Source: a virus
IMG/VR virus record: IMGVR_UViG_3300032242_000488
Location: 64,001-128,000 of that record
DNA length: 64,000 nt
Strand: one strand, 5' to 3'
Shown here: piece by piece, positions 28,429-37,645 of the stretch
How positions within the stretch are numbered: the first letter of the stretch is position 1
How the letters are laid out: each line of letters begins with the position of its first letter
Translations under genes and position numbers: made by a program
Notes under the pieces: generated by a model
What the model was told of the DNA's origin: nothing
Seen by the model: the letters and a program-made list of their open reading frames with translations, nothing else
Database searches by the model: none

Positions 28429-28739
28429 AAATAAACGAGCTGTTAACAGAAGCCCCGATCGACTTTGATCCTAACGAGCCGATGAATCCGCTAGTACATA
28501 GCCACCAAGGTGCTAATCCTGGCAAGCTACAGTATCGTATGTTACGTGCGGCAGGTCAGTTAAAGGATCTTGCCAAGAGAGCAGAACATGCTAGTCCCTT
28601 AGAATGGGAAATGATTGCCAAAAACTTTTCAGAACTAGCAATGAACGTTGAACAGATTAGACATGGTCTAGAAGAACTTGCCGCACAACGTAAAAAAGGT
28701 GGCGTCCGTTCAAGAGGCATAGATCCAACTATTGGATAA
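28425..28739 (+). CDS. Hypothetical protein (putative internal head protein)
   Basis: MKINELLTE leader. Confidence 0.65.
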   Translation: MKINELLTEAPIDFDPNEPMNPLVHSHQGANPGKLQYRMLRAAGQLKDLAKRAEHASPLEWEMIAKNFSELAMNVEQIRHGLEELAAQRKKGGVRSRGIDPTIG

Positions 28740-28746
28740 AATATAG

Positions 28747-28775
28747 TTGACACAGTCAACACAAGGCTATATAAT
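28747..28775 (+). promoter_or_regulatory. Sigma70-type promoter TTGACA-N17-TATAAT with a palindrome over -35
   Basis: Perfect consensus; GTTGAC-ACA-GTCAAC inverted repeat. Confidence 0.8.
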
Positions 28776-28797
28776 AAGGCATTACTAAGGAGAAGTT

Positions 28798-29058
28798 ATG
28801 GGCTCACGTACCTATGGACCAGAAGAAAAGGCCAAACTAGAAAGACTCATCAACGAAGGTTGTCAAATCAAATATGAGATTGAAAGCCTGTCAGAAGGAC
28901 TCAAAGAAACTGTTAAAGCAGTTGCCGAAGAGTTAGAAATCAAACCCGCACTAATTAACAAAGCTATCTCAATTGCCCATAAAGGTAACTGGAATGACGT
29001 ATTCAGCGACTTTGACGATCTTGAAACACTGATCGTAACCGTAGGCAAGGATAAATGA
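28798..29058 (+). CDS. Small dsDNA-binding protein (T4 DsbA/GapR-like)
   Basis: Helical 'EIESLSEGLKETVKAVAEELEIKPALINKAI..AHK' pattern. Confidence 0.55.
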   Translation: MGSRTYGPEEKAKLERLINEGCQIKYEIESLSEGLKETVKAVAEELEIKPALINKAISIAHKGNWNDVFSDFDDLETLIVTVGKDK

Positions 29059-29351
29059 TTGATACAATATTTGGTCCAACTATACAATGGATCAGGGATG
29101 ATTGGCGCAGTCATCCTTTACGTTTTTGCATTGAGTTGCTTGCTTGGGCTATTAGTATTGGTTGCTCAATCACAATGGCAGTCACTGTCCCTAATCCCCC
29201 TCTTCTTATACTATATCCTATCTGGATTAGTGGCTGTGCTATGTATGCATGGGCTAGCTTCACTAGGAAGAGCTTTGGCATGTTGGCTAACTATATCTTG
29301 CTGACCACTATTGATAGTGTAGGCTTGATCAGAATGCTAAATAATTTATAA
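29055..29351 (+). CDS. Membrane protein
   Basis: Three hydrophobic helices. Confidence 0.6.
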   Translation: MIDTIFGPTIQWIRDDWRSHPLRFCIELLAWAISIGCSITMAVTVPNPPLLILYPIWISGCAMYAWASFTRKSFGMLANYILLTTIDSVGLIRMLNNL

Positions 29352-29360
29352 GAAAGGTCG

Positions 29361-29413
29361 GCGGGCCATAAACCGCACAATAGGTATTTGTCAGCCCTAA
29401 ATGACATAAGGAG
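29361..29413 (+). promoter_or_regulatory. Tandem-hairpin putative translational operator of the polymerase gene
   Basis: GCGG-GCCATAAA-CCGC and TGTCA-GCCCTAAA-TGACA immediately 5' of the SD AAGGAG. Confidence 0.55.
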
Positions 29414-29417
29414 AAAT

Positions 29418-32087
29418 ATGAGTTATGTAGATGCTCTCTTTGACAGAGAGAATGACACCATTAAAGTCGTAGAACGAAACGACAAAGGCGAACGGGTCTA
29501 TAAAGAACACCCTGTACGCTACACATTTTACTACCCGGATCAAAGAGGCAAGTTTACTTCAATCTATGGAGATCCGCTTACTAAGGTAGTATGCAAGAAC
29601 ACTAAAGACTTCCGCAAAGAAGTTTCTATTGCTTCAAATAAAGAATTGTACGAAAGCGATATTAATCCAATCTTTGTACACTTATCCGAAAACTATTTAA
29701 ATCAAGACGCACCTAAATTAAACATCTGCTTCTTCGACATCGAGGTAGACTTTGATCCAGAGCGTGGCTATAGCACTCCAGAAGATGCGTTCATGCCAAT
29801 CACTGCGATTACTGTTTACCTAAAATGGCTTGGCAAGTTAATCACTCTAGCAATGCCACCTAAAGGCATGAAGATGGATGATGCTGTTAAACTAGTGTCC
29901 GATATTCCGGATGTACACTTGTTTGACAACGAAGGCGACATGCTAGAAACATTCCTCGATCTTATCGATGATGCAGATATTATAAGTGGTTGGAACAGTG
30001 AAGGCTATGACGTACCATATACTGTTAATCGTGTAACCCGTGTACTCAGCAAAGAAGATACCAAGCGTTTCTGTTTATGGGGACAACTACCAAAGAAAAG
30101 AGAGTACGAAAAATATGGGAAACAAGCTGTTACCTATGACTTTCATGGTCGCGTTCATTTGGACAGTCTCGAGCTGTACCGCAAATACACATATGAAGAA
30201 CGTCACACATACCGATTGGACGCTATCGGAGAAATGGAAGTAGGCGAGAACAAGACTGTCTACGAAGGCACATTGGATCAACTGTATAACAATGACTTCC
30301 ACAAGTTTATTGTTTATAACAGACAAGATACGTTGTTGCTGAACAAATTAGATGACAAGCTAAAGTTTATTGATCTTGCCAATACCCTAGCACATGAATG
30401 TACTGTACTACTACAGACTACTATGGGTGCTGTTGCTGTAACAGAGCAGGCTATTATTAACGAATGTCATCGCCGCGGATTCCAAGTTCCTAATAGACAA
30501 AAACGTGATGAAGATGCAGATAACAGTGCCGCTGGTGCTTATGTTGCTTATCCTAAAGAAGGCATTCACGAATGGATTGGCTCACTAGATATTAACAGTC
30601 TTTATCCTTCAGCTATTCGTGCGCTTAACATGGGCCCAGAAACTATTGTTGGACAGTTACGCCAGACCATGACAGATAACTTTATCCACGAACAAATGAC
30701 ACTTAAGAAAAAGTCATTTGCCGCGGCATGGGAAGGTATGTTTGGATCATTAGAATATACTGCTGTTATGGAACAGCGTATTGACAAAACGATTACGATT
30801 GACTGGGAAGATGGCAATAGTACAGAACACTCTGCCGCTGAAGTATACCAGTTAATCTTTGACAGCAATCAACCTTGGATGCTAAGTGCCAATGGTACAA
30901 TCTTTACCTACGAAAAAGAAGGTATTATCCCAGGACTTCTCAAGCGTTGGTATGCTGAACGTAAAGAAATGCAAGCCAAACTCAAAGACTGTATCAAAGC
31001 AGAAAACAAAGTTGAAGAAGAATACTGGGATAAACGTCAACTGGTTAAGAAGATTAACCTAAATAGTCTATATGGTGCTATCCTTAACGCAGGTTGTCGC
31101 TTCTTTGACAAGCGTATTGGACAGTCAACTACCTTAACAGGACGACAGATTGTTAAGCACATGGCTGGTAAAGTAAACGAGATTATTACAGGTGAGTTTG
31201 ATTATCGCGGTAAAGCTATCATCTATGGCGATACTGACTCATGTTACTTCTCTGGGTACACTACACTAAAGAAAGATATTGATAGTGGTGTTATTCCGTG
31301 GACTAAAGAAAACGTTATTGCTCTATACGATCAAGTCGGCGATGAAGTTAATAAAACATTCCCTAGCTTTATGGAACATGCATTTCATTGTCCACCAAGC
31401 CGCGGCGAAGTTATTAAAGCAGGTCGTGAGATCGTTGCTATTAAAGGGTTATTCATTACTAAGAAGCGTTATGCTGTTCTTTACTTTGATAAAGAAGGCA
31501 AACGTACAGACGTGGATGGAAAGCCTGGCAAGATCAAAGCTATGGGTTTAGACCTTAAGCGTAGTGACACACCAGAATTTATTCAAAACTTTTTAAGTGA
31601 TATTCTAGAACGTGTACTAACTGCTGGCTCGGAAACTGAAGTATTAGAACACATTACCAAGTTCCGTACTGAGTTTAAGGCTAGACCCGGTTGGGAGAAA
31701 GGTAGTCCAAAACGTGCTAATAACATTACAGACTATCAAGCCAAAGAAGCCAAAGCAGGCAAAGCTAACATGCCCGGACATGTTCGAGCCAGCATTAACT
31801 GGAATACTCTACGCCGTATGAATGGCGACAAGTATTCTATGCAGATTACAGATGGACAAAAAGTTATTGTCTGTAAACTCAAGCCAAACCCAATTGGCTT
31901 TACATCAGTTGCGTATCCTGTAGACGAACTACGTTTGCCTAAATGGTTTATGGAATTACCATTTGATGACGCAGAGATGGAACAGACTATTATTGATAAC
32001 AAACTAGAAAACCTTATTGGTGTTTTGGGTTGGGACATTAAGAGTACGGAAGAAAAGAATACCTTTAACTCGTTATTTGAGTTCTAA
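29418..32087 (+). CDS. polB: Family B DNA polymerase
   Basis: Exo I FDIE; motif A DINSLYPS; motif B KINLNSLYG; motif C YGDTDS; KKRYA. Confidence 0.97.
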   Translation: MSYVDALFDRENDTIKVVERNDKGERVYKEHPVRYTFYYPDQRGKFTSIYGDPLTKVVCKNTKDFRKEVSIASNKELYESDINPIFVHLSENYLNQDAPKLNICFFDIEVDFDPERGYSTPEDAFMPITAITVYLKWLGKLITLAMPPKGMKMDDAVKLVSDIPDVHLFDNEGDMLETFLDLIDDADIISGWNSEGYDVPYTVNRVTRVLSKEDTKRFCLWGQLPKKREYEKYGKQAVTYDFHGRVHLDSLELYRKYTYEERHTYRLDAIGEMEVGENKTVYEGTLDQLYNNDFHKFIVYNRQDTLLLNKLDDKLKFIDLANTLAHECTVLLQTTMGAVAVTEQAIINECHRRGFQVPNRQKRDEDADNSAAGAYVAYPKEGIHEWIGSLDINSLYPSAIRALNMGPETIVGQLRQTMTDNFIHEQMTLKKKSFAAAWEGMFGSLEYTAVMEQRIDKTITIDWEDGNSTEHSAAEVYQLIFDSNQPWMLSANGTIFTYEKEGIIPGLLKRWYAERKEMQAKLKDCIKAENKVEEEYWDKRQLVKKINLNSLYGAILNAGCRFFDKRIGQSTTLTGRQIVKHMAGKVNEIITGEFDYRGKAIIYGDTDSCYFSGYTTLKKDIDSGVIPWTKENVIALYDQVGDEVNKTFPSFMEHAFHCPPSRGEVIKAGREIVAIKGLFITKKRYAVLYFDKEGKRTDVDGKPGKIKAMGLDLKRSDTPEFIQNFLSDILERVLTAGSETEVLEHITKFRTEFKARPGWEKGSPKRANNITDYQAKEAKAGKANMPGHVRASINWNTLRRMNGDKYSMQITDGQKVIVCKLKPNPIGFTSVAYPVDELRLPKWFMELPFDDAEMEQTIIDNKLENLIGVLGWDIKSTEEKNTFNSLFEF

Positions 32088-32091
32088 AAGG

Positions 32092-32120
32092 TTGACAAAG
32101 CATATTAATCACTATACAAT
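32092..32120 (+). promoter_or_regulatory. Sigma70-type promoter TTGACA-N17-TACAAT
   Basis: Upstream of the clamp and modification genes. Confidence 0.65.
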
Positions 32121-32138
32121 ACAACTAAGGAGAATCAT

Positions 32139-32873
32139 ATGATTAAGGACATTTTAACAGACATCGTAGCACATACACATAGCCTAGGTTTTTTACCATT
32201 GGTAAAGGTCACTGGGGATAAGACTACGACAACAATTGAGTCAATGGCTGAAGATCGTTCAGTCATTGTAACTGCTAGTGCTCACAATGCAGTTACTGAA
32301 TTTGAAGGTACATTTGGTATGCCTCAATTAGACAAATTGGCATTGCATTTGAAAAATCCAGAATATAAAGAGAACGCAAAAATTGATGTGTCTAAGGCAC
32401 AACGTAACGGTGAAGAAATTCCTGTAGGTTTACACTTTGAAAATCAAACTGGTGACTTCCAGAATGACTATCGCTTTATGAACGCAGATATCATTAACGA
32501 AAAGTTAAAGACTGTCAAGTTCAAAGGTGCAAGTTGGGATGTAAGTTTTGAACCAACTGTTACTGCTATTCAGCGTTTGAAATTACAAGCGGCTGTACAC
32601 ACTGACGAAACTGTTTTTCAAGTTCGTACTGATAATGGTAACTTGGTATTCTTCTTTGGTGATGCAAGTACACACGCAGGTAGTTTTGTATTCCAAGCAA
32701 ATGTTAGCGGCAAGTTAAAGCATACATGGGCATGGCCTGTTCAACAAGTTATTAGCATCCTAAATCTTTCTGGTAACGTTACTATGAAGATCAGTGATGC
32801 AGGTGCTATGCAGATCACAGTTGATTCTGGTGTTACAGAATACAACTACATTTTACCAGCACAAAGCAAATAA
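32139..32873 (+). CDS. DNA sliding clamp (gp45/PCNA-like)
   Basis: ~245 aa, follows PolB, PCNA-like ending 'YNYILPA'; clamp loader present in window. Confidence 0.65.
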   Translation: MIKDILTDIVAHTHSLGFLPLVKVTGDKTTTTIESMAEDRSVIVTASAHNAVTEFEGTFGMPQLDKLALHLKNPEYKENAKIDVSKAQRNGEEIPVGLHFENQTGDFQNDYRFMNADIINEKLKTVKFKGASWDVSFEPTVTAIQRLKLQAAVHTDETVFQVRTDNGNLVFFFGDASTHAGSFVFQANVSGKLKHTWAWPVQQVISILNLSGNVTMKISDAGAMQITVDSGVTEYNYILPAQSK

Positions 32874-33052
32874 TGATCGAACTCCATAAAAGAACTATCA
32901 CTAGGGCAATTACTTATAGAGTTATTGCTCTTTTGATCACGGCCCTATGGACTGGTTTGAGTGATGCTGTATTAATTCATTTGATATTAACTGCAATCCA
33001 TTACGCTCACGAGCGATTATGGTTAAAAATAAAGTGGGGCAAAATTGAATAA
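32873..33052 (+). CDS. Second DUF2061-like membrane protein (59 aa, not in ORF track)
   Basis: MIELHKRTITRAITYRVIA...HYAHERLWLKIKWGKIE. Confidence 0.65.
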   Translation: MIELHKRTITRAITYRVIALLITALWTGLSDAVLIHLILTAIHYAHERLWLKIKWGKIE

Positions 33053-34577
33053 GAACTTAACAGCATTACAGAATGACTATGCATATTTTTTGCCTGCAAC
33101 TAGCGGTTTCTACTCAACGTTTATAGGCAAGCAACGCTACGGCAACTATGTTGATCCTGCACGTATTCCCGCAAGTCTTACTAATGGAGTGGAAAGTCTC
33201 AACTATCTAGATCCAGACAAAGGTCAGTTTTACTATGACCATTGCTTGTACTCCGCAGGACATGCTAACTTAGATCTTAATAAACCAGACGAAACTGAAG
33301 ACATGTTCCGTAACAGGAATCGTGCTACAAGTTGGGTATTAGGTGACTCAGGTGGATTCCAGATTGGTAAAGGTGTTTGGCCTGCTGACTGGAAAGATCC
33401 CAATTGTCCTAAAGCCGCATTAAAACGTAAACAAGTTTTAACTTGGATGGATAGTCTAATGGACTATGGCATGGGTCTTGACATTCCAGCGTGGGTTGCT
33501 CGAAGTCCTAACGGTCGTGCGGCAACTGGTATTAGCACATACAACGAAGCAGTTCAAGGTACTTTTATTAATAATGAATACTTTATTAACAATCGTAACG
33601 GCAACTGTAAGTTCTTAAATGTTCTGCAAGGTGAAAACCATACTGATGCTGAAGGTTGGTATCAGCATATGAAGAAATATTGTGATCCAAAACAATACGG
33701 TGATCGTGCATTTAACGGTTGGGGTATGGGCGGACAGAACATGTGTGATATCCACCTTGTACTCAAACGTCTAGTAGCATTACGCTTTGACGGATTATTA
33801 GAAAAAGGTCATCAAGACTGGATGCACTTTCTAGGCACAAGCAAATTAGAATGGGCTGTGTTATTAACAGACATTCAACGTGCCGTGCGTAAACATCACA
33901 ACGATCAGTTTACTATTAGCTTTGACTGTGCTAGTCCGTTCTTAGCAACTGCCAATGGTCAAATTTATACTAATACAGAAACAGACGATCGCACTAAATG
34001 GGTATATCGTATGCAAGCATCAGCAGACGATAAGAAGTATGCAACCGATACTCGCCTGTTTAAAGATGCTGTCTTACAAGATTTAATCTTTGAAAAGTTT
34101 GAGTCAAGTCCAATTATCGATCAAATGCAGATGAAAGATATTTGTATCTATAAGCCAGGCGACCTAAATAAGAATGGTAAAGAAGGTCGGACTAGTTGGG
34201 ATAGTTTTAGCTATGCTCTAATGATGGGACATAATGTTTGGATGCACTTAAATGCAGTCCAAGAAGCCAATCGTCAATATGATTTGGGCAAAATGCCGTC
34301 CATGTTGGTTGACGAACGCTTTGATAGAGTGTATTATAAGGACATAGTAGAAGCAATCTTTTCAACTAGTGATAGAGGCATTGCTGATGCCGTTGTAGAA
34401 GAATACAGTAGATATTGGATGAGTATTATTGGTACTAGAGGTGCTACAGGCAAAAAGACAGTAAACGCACAAACACATGCGGAAATACACTTTGAAATTG
34501 AAGCTAACTTAGAACCAGAAAAGAAAGCTAAAGTTGAACCTAAAGAAATTGTCCTTAACCCGAGTTTATTCGAATGA
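33045..34577 (+). CDS. dpdA: TGT/DpdA-like guanine transglycosylase
   Basis: 'GDSGGFQ', 'LDIP', 'VLQG', 'HFLG', 'SFD..SP' TGT-fold motifs; FolE and QueE nearby. Confidence 0.7.
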   Translation: MNKNLTALQNDYAYFLPATSGFYSTFIGKQRYGNYVDPARIPASLTNGVESLNYLDPDKGQFYYDHCLYSAGHANLDLNKPDETEDMFRNRNRATSWVLGDSGGFQIGKGVWPADWKDPNCPKAALKRKQVLTWMDSLMDYGMGLDIPAWVARSPNGRAATGISTYNEAVQGTFINNEYFINNRNGNCKFLNVLQGENHTDAEGWYQHMKKYCDPKQYGDRAFNGWGMGGQNMCDIHLVLKRLVALRFDGLLEKGHQDWMHFLGTSKLEWAVLLTDIQRAVRKHHNDQFTISFDCASPFLATANGQIYTNTETDDRTKWVYRMQASADDKKYATDTRLFKDAVLQDLIFEKFESSPIIDQMQMKDICIYKPGDLNKNGKEGRTSWDSFSYALMMGHNVWMHLNAVQEANRQYDLGKMPSMLVDERFDRVYYKDIVEAIFSTSDRGIADAVVEEYSRYWMSIIGTRGATGKKTVNAQTHAEIHFEIEANLEPEKKAKVEPKEIVLNPSLFE

Positions 34578-35122
34578 AACGTGATTATACAGACGGCGTT
34601 AGTGAAGCAGTAAACTTCTTCATCGGTAACGAGGTAGAGCATACACCTGCATTTGGTATGCGTACATTGTTTGTTACCGGTGTTCATAACGAGCAAGTTA
34701 TTGAACACTTGCTCGGAGATGAAAATGCTCTGCTTGACACAACTAAACACATTAAACATATCTTCTTTGGCGCTAATCATAGTTTTAATCCGCAATGGAA
34801 TGACTACGAAGGTTGGAAACAATGGGAAGATATGATTACATACTTTTTAGATCGAGAATATCTATGCTCATTAGATATTCCACTAAGTGCAGTAGAGGAA
34901 TTTAATGACGGTGGATTGAACGACTACGACAACTTTATTCCACAAATTCGCATACCTATTCCTTATATTAAACTTTGGAACTATAATACAATGCTTAAAA
35001 TTGATGACAAAGATTTTAAAGCAACCAATCCCGGCGTGTGGTCTCATAGCCTACACGATCTTAAAGACCGTAAGAAGTTCACTCCGTGGGCAGATTACAA
35101 AAATGACACTATCTTAAAATGA
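34574..35122 (+). CDS. Hypothetical protein in the modification operon
   Basis: ATGA-coupled between the TGT-like and T-fold genes. Confidence 0.65.
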   Translation: MKRDYTDGVSEAVNFFIGNEVEHTPAFGMRTLFVTGVHNEQVIEHLLGDENALLDTTKHIKHIFFGANHSFNPQWNDYEGWKQWEDMITYFLDREYLCSLDIPLSAVEEFNDGGLNDYDNFIPQIRIPIPYIKLWNYNTMLKIDDKDFKATNPGVWSHSLHDLKDRKKFTPWADYKNDTILK

Positions 35123-35514
35123 TTATCAAACAAGACATTAGACCAAATAAAATGATCTGGGTTACCTTTCAGAAAGAAGGTATTCACTGCTATCCGGCAG
35201 CGGCTACAGATCCTAAACTAGCTACAGGAGATGAATATGACGTATCGTTTCTTAGTACTCCTCATCGTCACATCTTTCATTTCAGGGTGTGGCTCAGTGT
35301 GCAACATAATGACAGGGACGTCGAGTTCATCCAGTTCAAGCGATGGCTCACTTCGTTGTATAATGGTCAAGGTTCCGTTCTAAGCCTTGATTATAAGAGT
35401 TGTGAAATGATGTCAGATGATTTATATGACGTTATTAGCAAGAAGTATCCAGATCGTGAGATCTGGATTGAAGTCTCCGAAGACGGAGAAAATGGTTCAT
35501 TCATCAAATATTAA
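35119..35514 (+). CDS. QueD-like T-fold protein (DpdL-like CDG decarboxylase candidate)
   Basis: 'EGIHCYP', 'FLSTPHRHIF' (LxxxHRHxF), 'RDVEFI', 'SCE', 'VSEDGENG'. Confidence 0.65.
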   Translation: MIIKQDIRPNKMIWVTFQKEGIHCYPAAATDPKLATGDEYDVSFLSTPHRHIFHFRVWLSVQHNDRDVEFIQFKRWLTSLYNGQGSVLSLDYKSCEMMSDDLYDVISKKYPDREIWIEVSEDGENGSFIKY

Positions 35515-35529
35515 TTTAAGGAAATAAAG

Positions 35530-35745
35530 ATGAAAAAAGAAGTCGTTCAGATTTTTGACGATCTAGAGGCCCTGCTTAATTTTTGCAGGTTTAATTTGGC
35601 ACCGTTTAATGAAGCGGATCTTTATAATAGGGGTTCAAAAGTTTGGAGAGATTACGAATATAGTAAACGTCCCCGTAATTTCGAACGCAAGGAGTGGAAC
35701 AACAAACCACGAGGCAATAATAATTACAGGAACGGTCGTCAGTAA
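35530..35745 (+). CDS. Hypothetical protein
   Basis: AAGGA SD; 71 aa. Confidence 0.6.
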   Translation: MKKEVVQIFDDLEALLNFCRFNLAPFNEADLYNRGSKVWRDYEYSKRPRNFERKEWNNKPRGNNNYRNGRQ

Positions 35746-36806
35746 TGGCAACTGTTTATCTAGTAGACCTTGAGCCTGTAGAAACTCGCTATACGGCTCA
35801 ATGGAAGACTCATCTTCCTGCTACCCTACAAAAGAAAGGACACGATGTCACGATTATCTCAGGCCCTAGCGATATTCCTAGCGCCACTACTCCTGGTGCA
35901 TTTCTTAATTTTGGGGGTACTAATATCTATAAGGCAAACCAAGTTGAACAGCTTGGAAGACTTTTTTGTGCAGGATCCATCAAGGCTGGCGATCATTTTA
36001 TTTTTACTGACGCTTGGCATCCAGGAATTATCAACCTAAAGTATATGAGTGAGTTACTGGGCATTCCAGTAACAACACATGGCTTGTGGCATGCTGGCAG
36101 TTATGATCCTCAAGACTTTTTAGGACGTCTAATAGGTAATGCTCCTTGGGTTAGGCATGCTGAAATGAGTTTCTTTCACGCATTTGATCACAACTACTTT
36201 GCTACAGATTTTCATATTAATTTATTTTGTGAAACATTTGTAAATGACAAAGAACAACGCATATTAAGCAGTAAGGTAGTACGCACAGGCTGGCCTATGG
36301 AATATATGGATAGTACATTAACCATGTATAAGAACATGCCCAAGCGTGACCTTATTCTGTTTCCGCATCGTATTGCACCAGAGAAACAAGTTGAGATTTT
36401 TCGAGACTTGGCTACACACTTACCACAATATGAATTTGTAGTGTGTCAGGATCAACAGCTAACAAAAAATGAATATCATAACTTGTTAGGCGAAGCAAAG
36501 ATGGTGTTCAGTGCTAACTTACAAGAAACACTAGGTATTAGTTGGTATGAAGGTGCCGTAGTGGATGCTATTCCTATGATTCCAGACAGACTAAGCTATA
36601 GTGAAATGGCATTTGATACTTTTAAGTATCCAAGTGAGTGGACTGAAAGCTACCAAGCATATGATTCTGCTAGACCTGCTATTTGCAATAAGATCATGCA
36701 GTATATGAATCATTACGATCAGTTCTTACCACAGCTAAGAAAACAAACGGAGGCATTACGTGAGCAATACTTCACAGCCACAGGACTGTATAACAATATC
36801 AAGTGA
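35745..36806 (+). CDS. GT-B fold (GT4-like) glycosyltransferase
   Basis: 'FPHRIAPEK', 'QETLGISWYEG' (E-x7-E), 'PDRLSYSEM'. Confidence 0.8.
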   Translation: MATVYLVDLEPVETRYTAQWKTHLPATLQKKGHDVTIISGPSDIPSATTPGAFLNFGGTNIYKANQVEQLGRLFCAGSIKAGDHFIFTDAWHPGIINLKYMSELLGIPVTTHGLWHAGSYDPQDFLGRLIGNAPWVRHAEMSFFHAFDHNYFATDFHINLFCETFVNDKEQRILSSKVVRTGWPMEYMDSTLTMYKNMPKRDLILFPHRIAPEKQVEIFRDLATHLPQYEFVVCQDQQLTKNEYHNLLGEAKMVFSANLQETLGISWYEGAVVDAIPMIPDRLSYSEMAFDTFKYPSEWTESYQAYDSARPAICNKIMQYMNHYDQFLPQLRKQTEALREQYFTATGLYNNIK

Positions 36807-37188
36807 CCCAGGTATTATTGCACAGGAAATAACTACCATTGATACTAGCACCTGGAACATGAGCTCAGGTGCTAGTAGTTACTATTACACCGGTGTAGGG
36901 GCAGCCGGTAGCACCGATACCATTACTATCAGCAATGGCGGAACTCATATTAGTAACTATACAATTAGTGGAGGTCTTACGTCATCTGGTACTGTTAGTA
37001 TTGGAACTATAAGCGGTGCTGGTACAGGATATAATTGGGGCACAACGGAAGAATTTGTAAATTGTTTGCCGGACTTTAATAGAGTACAGGCCATGTGTGA
37101 ACAATATCCCGGATTAAAGATTGCCTACGAAAAATTTGTAACAACATATAAGTTAGTGAAAGATGATTATGATAGTCCAAAAGATTAA
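36760..37188 (+). CDS. S/T/G-rich hypothetical protein
   Basis: Low-complexity N-terminus; C-terminal 'MCEQYPGLKIAYEKF...Y.LV'. Confidence 0.6.
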   Translation: MSNTSQPQDCITISSDPGIIAQEITTIDTSTWNMSSGASSYYYTGVGAAGSTDTITISNGGTHISNYTISGGLTSSGTVSIGTISGAGTGYNWGTTEEFVNCLPDFNRVQAMCEQYPGLKIAYEKFVTTYKLVKDDYDSPKD

Positions 37189-37645
37189 AAACAAATTCTT
37201 TTCTTTTTTAGAACGGCACGATCGCAAACGTATTATTATGGATCGTGTTGATGACGAACCATATTTGGAACGTTATTACATCTTTTTGAAAGACCGTAAG
37301 ACATTTCCGTTTAATGTATTTTTACATAAATTTTTAAAAGGCGACCCAGATGACATACACGATCATCCGTGGCCCTATGCTACATTCATTTTGAAAGGTG
37401 GATATTATGAATGGATTCCACAGTTTAACCCAGATGGTACAAAAAATTGCGAGATTCGTAAGTGGCGTGGACCCGGCCATTTTAGGATTTGTAGTCCTAA
37501 CAGTTATCATCGCATTGAATTAAAAGAGGGCATAAATGCATGGACCTTGTTCATGCCAGGCCCGCAAACAAGAGAATGGGGATTCCTTGTTAATAACAAA
37601 TGGATACACAATGACAACTACCTTGAAGCACGGAAACAACATTAA
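37163..37645 (+). CDS. Cupin-like (double-stranded beta-helix) protein
   Basis: 'HDHPW......LKGGYYE' and 'HRIEL...WTLF..GP..REWGF'. Confidence 0.6.
   Translation: MIMIVQKIKNKFFSFLERHDRKRIIMDRVDDEPYLERYYIFLKDRKTFPFNVFLHKFLKGDPDDIHDHPWPYATFILKGGYYEWIPQFNPDGTKNCEIRKWRGPGHFRICSPNSYHRIELKEGINAWTLFMPGPQTREWGFLVNNKWIHNDNYLEARKQH

Noticed and set aside
29418-32087. Intein or intron in PolB (long spacer between motifs A and B)
   Set aside because: No intein splice-junction residues or LAGLIDADG motif, and the frame is uninterrupted.
35119-35514. Calling this gene canonical queD
   Set aside because: It lacks the CxxxHGH motif of QueD and has LxxxHRHxF instead, so it is left as QueD-like/DpdL-like.
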